A DNA stretch of 64,000 nt from Hyphomicrobium sp. 2TAF46 (lineage in GTDB: Bacteria > Pseudomonadota > Alphaproteobacteria > Rhizobiales > Hyphomicrobiaceae). A program made the position numbers and the translations under genes. This document shows positions 61,626 through 64,000 of this stretch, piece after piece. The stretch is taken from assembly GCF_052114865.1 (NCBI RefSeq), contig NZ_JBFRFO010000008.1, forward strand, positions 210,583 through 274,582, given 5' to 3'. The notes under the pieces were generated by a model. It had not been told where the DNA came from and did no database searches. It saw only the letters and a program-made list of their open reading frames with translations. How positions within the stretch are numbered: the stretch's first letter is position 1; every line of letters starts with the position of its first letter.

Positions 61626-62809
61626 GCGAAATTCTGATTACCTTCAATCCCGGCTCCTCGACCATCAAGCTGGGCCTTTACCGGATGGGCGCGGCCAGCC
61701 CCGTGCGGCTCGGCATGGGCGTAGTCGATCTCAGGCACATGCCGTTGCGATTGCATGTCGTCGAAGGGCCGAGCGTTGCGGATATCCCTTTGCGGGCCGA
61801 GGTGACCGACGATCTGCACGAGCTCATCGATGAAACGCTCGGTTGGCTGACGGATCATTTTGCGTTGGAAGGGATCGCTGCGGTCGGTCATCGCGTGGTG
61901 CATGGCGGCGACGCTTTCTCCAGCGCGGTTCTGATTTCGGATGCGACGCTCGCGACAATCGACCGGTTCGTCGATCTCGCGCCGCTGCATCAGCCCCAGA
62001 GCTTGCGGCTGATCCGGGCGATCCGTCATTTGCGCCCAAATTTGCCGCAGACGGCTTCGTTCGACACGGCGTTCCATCGTTCGCAAGCCGATATCGTGCG
62101 CCGGTTCGCGCTACCGCGGGCGATGTTCGACGTTGGCATCAAGCGTTACGGCTTTCACGGCCTGTCCTATAAATTCGTCGCCGCAAGACTGCTTGAACTC
62201 GCGCCGGATCTGGCGGCGGGGCGCGTCGTCGCCGCTCACCTCGGCAGCGGGGCAAGTCTCTGCGCGTTGGAAAACGGGCAAAGCCGCGACACCAGTATGG
62301 GCTTTTCGACGCTCGACGGGATTCCGATGGCGACGCGCTGCGGCGCTCTCGATCCCGGCGTGGTCCTTCACCTCCTGAAGCAGCAGGGTCTTTCGTTGGA
62401 GAGCGTCGAGGATATCCTCTATCATCGGTCTGGCCTTCTCGGTGTCTCCGGCATCAGTGCGGACAGCCGCGATCTCATCGCGAGCAATCTGCCGGCTGCG
62501 CGCGAAGCAATCGATCTGTTCACTCATCGGATCGCGCGTGAGATCGCGGCGCTCGCAACGACGCTTGGTGGTCTCGATGCCGTGATTTTCACTGCCGGAA
62601 TCGGCGAGCACCAGCCGACGATCCGCACCGCCGTATGCGAGCGGCTCTCCTGGCTTGGCGTGTCGCTGAATGAAGATGCTAATTCCCGTAACGCGACACG
62701 CATCGATGCGCAAGACAGCAAGATCGGCGTGTTCGTCGTTCCGACCAATGAAGAGCAGGTGATCGCCACCGAAGCTTGCGCGCTTTTGAGAATCAACAGG
62801 GGGGCCTGA
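61622..62809 (+). CDS. acetate/butyrate kinase family protein
   Basis: ASKHA fold: ILITFNPGSSTIKLGLY, VGHRVVHGG, AAHLGSGASLCA, VIFTAGIGEH. ATGA overlap with upstream gene. Confidence 0.8.
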   Translation: MSEILITFNPGSSTIKLGLYRMGAASPVRLGMGVVDLRHMPLRLHVVEGPSVADIPLRAEVTDDLHELIDETLGWLTDHFALEGIAAVGHRVVHGGDAFSSAVLISDATLATIDRFVDLAPLHQPQSLRLIRAIRHLRPNLPQTASFDTAFHRSQADIVRRFALPRAMFDVGIKRYGFHGLSYKFVAARLLELAPDLAAGRVVAAHLGSGASLCALENGQSRDTSMGFSTLDGIPMATRCGALDPGVVLHLLKQQGLSLESVEDILYHRSGLLGVSGISADSRDLIASNLPAAREAIDLFTHRIAREIAALATTLGGLDAVIFTAGIGEHQPTIRTAVCERLSWLGVSLNEDANSRNATRIDAQDSKIGVFVVPTNEEQVIATEACALLRINRGA

Positions 62810-63582
62810 TGAGTCCGATCATCGATCTTACCGGAAGGCGCGCGCTTATCGTCGGCATCGCCAATAAGAACAGCATTGCATATGGCTGCGCCGAGGCATT
62901 ACGTTCCGCGGGAGCCGAGCTGGCTGTAACCTACCTCAACGCCAAAGCCGAACCGTATGTGCGGCCCTTGGCTGAGGGACTCGATGCGTCGATCATCGTG
63001 CCGTGCGATGTGCGCATTCCTGGCGAGCTCGAGGCGGTTTTCGAGCACATTAACGCCACCTGGGGGCGTCTCGACGCGATCGTGCATTCGATCGCTTTCG
63101 CGCCGCGCGAGGATCTGCACAACAGCCTCGTCCACTGCTCGGCGGAAGGCTTCGCCATGGCCATGGATGTCTCATGCCACTCCTTCATCCGAATGGCGAA
63201 ATTGGCGCTTCCGCTGATGACCGATGGCGGCAGCCTGCAAACGGTTAGTTTCTTTGGCGCCAACCGGGTGGTCGAGCACTACAATCTCATGGGTCCGGTC
63301 AAGGCGGCGCTGGAAGCGACGGTGCGGACGTTGGCCGCCGATCTCGCGCCACGCCGCATCCATGTTCACGCGCTGTCATCAGGTCCGGTGGCGACCCGCG
63401 CGGCCTCGGGCATCGACCGTTTCGATGACCTCCTTGAAAAGACGCGCGAACGCACGCCCGACCATCAGCTTGTTACGATCGAACAGATTGGGCGCATCTC
63501 GGCCTTCCTGGCAAGCGATGCGGGAAGCGCCATGACGGGTTCAACGTCCTACGCCGATCACGGCTTTCACATCGTCGCGTGA
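62809..63582 (+). CDS. fabI: enoyl-[acyl-carrier-protein] reductase (NADH) FabI-like
   Basis: FabI Rossmann N-terminus ALIVGIANKNSIAYGCAEAL, catalytic Y-x6-K (YNLMGPVKAALEA). Start overlaps kinase stop (TGATG). Confidence 0.8.
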   Translation: MSPIIDLTGRRALIVGIANKNSIAYGCAEALRSAGAELAVTYLNAKAEPYVRPLAEGLDASIIVPCDVRIPGELEAVFEHINATWGRLDAIVHSIAFAPREDLHNSLVHCSAEGFAMAMDVSCHSFIRMAKLALPLMTDGGSLQTVSFFGANRVVEHYNLMGPVKAALEATVRTLAADLAPRRIHVHALSSGPVATRAASGIDRFDDLLEKTRERTPDHQLVTIEQIGRISAFLASDAGSAMTGSTSYADHGFHIVA

Positions 63583-63603
63583 GGCGCGGCCTGCACCTCG
63601 CTT

Positions 63604-64000
63604 TCAGGCGGGCCTGCGAAGCCGTTCGAGCCTTGCCAGTAGGTCCGTTGGAACGTCTTTGGTAACAATGGCCGCGCCGGAATAAATGTTGCCGTTGTTG
63701 CCGTCGAGCGTGAGCATTGAACCTTCGGGATAGCTTGCGCCGCCCACCACCAGGCATCTCGCGACCTCATCGACCGCCATGGCCTCGCAACCGACGAGAC
63801 ATACTTTGCCGAGCTGGCGCGCGACGACGGCGGCGTGCGAGGTCCTTGCCCCGTGCTGCGTCAGGAGCCCGTCGGCGAGATCGAGCGCTGCAATATCGCG
63901 GGTTTCGGCATCGCGCCGCACGAGAAGGACCTGAGCGCCGTTCTGTTTGCGCTGACGCGCGGATGCTTCGTCGAAAACGACTTCTCCGCTCACAACGCCG
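63604..64000 (-). CDS. PEP-utilising enzyme (mobile His domain), partial; 5' end beyond window
   Basis: GARTSHAAVVARQLG phospho-histidine motif of PEP synthase / PPDK / enzyme I families. Gene runs off the window end. Confidence 0.6.
   Translation of the reverse strand, partial: GVVSGEVVFDEASARQRKQNGAQVLLVRRDAETRDIAALDLADGLLTQHGARTSHAAVVARQLGKVCLVGCEAMAVDEVARCLVVGGASYPEGSMLTLDGNNGNIYSGAAIVTKDVPTDLLARLERLRRPA

Overview
This reads as a high-GC chromosomal segment from an alphaproteobacterium (Rhizobiales-like), with genes on both strands and few clear mobility genes. No transposase, integrase or CRISPR array was seen. All assignments come from motifs read by eye in the six-frame translations; no search was run.

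Gene content, in order:
- Polysaccharide-modification trio: SAM-dependent methyltransferase, family 2 glycosyltransferase, family 1/4 glycosyltransferase.
- A frameshifted VOC/glyoxalase gene.
- The ergothioneine pair egtB-egtD.
- A dense two-component signalling cluster of 7 genes: a CHASE3 kinase, four single-domain receivers, a receiver fused to a HisKA_2 kinase, and a triple-PAS hybrid kinase.
- Bicupin (oxalate decarboxylase family), Tex, a GntR regulator, a DUF488 plus uracil-DNA glycosylase-family pair, and a DJ-1/PfpI protein.
- An ankyrin-repeat gene flanked by about 95-bp imperfect direct repeats. One copy overlaps the 3' end of gdhA.
- gdhA, kup, mgtC, a membrane-anchored patatin-like phospholipase, two tandem tRNA-like sequences (one with a GTT/Asn anticodon loop), and an SPFH/band-7 protein.
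- An ABC importer with no binding protein (fused double permease plus an ATPase with a C-terminal extension).
- A putative envelope operon: Sel1-like membrane protein, coiled-coil secreted protein, and a PstS-like/OmpA fusion.
- Methionine aminopeptidase and an RND efflux pair (adaptor plus permease, no outer-membrane factor).
- A sulfur cluster: SBP56/methanethiol-oxidase-like protein, membrane protein, periplasmic tandem rhodanese, YeeE/YedE transporter.
- An organosulfur-scavenging cluster: AhpD-like protein, ACAD-like SfnB/DszC-type protein, NitT/TauT ABC transporter, and a DszA/NtaA-type LLM monooxygenase.
- Three small uncharacterised genes downstream of a perfect 15-nt palindrome.
- A translationally coupled phaC, MaoC(PhaJ)::phosphotransacylase fusion, acetate/butyrate kinase and fabI-like operon.
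- A partial PEP-utilising enzyme gene at the window end.

Best candidates for undescribed biology, in order of interest:
- The repeat-flanked ankyrin cassette beside gdhA.
- The PHA synthase to kinase operon, which suggests a PHB-to-butyrate/ATP route.
- The three-gene small-protein operon with its palindrome.
- The Sel1, coiled-coil and PstS-OmpA envelope module.
- The degenerate tandem tRNA-like locus.
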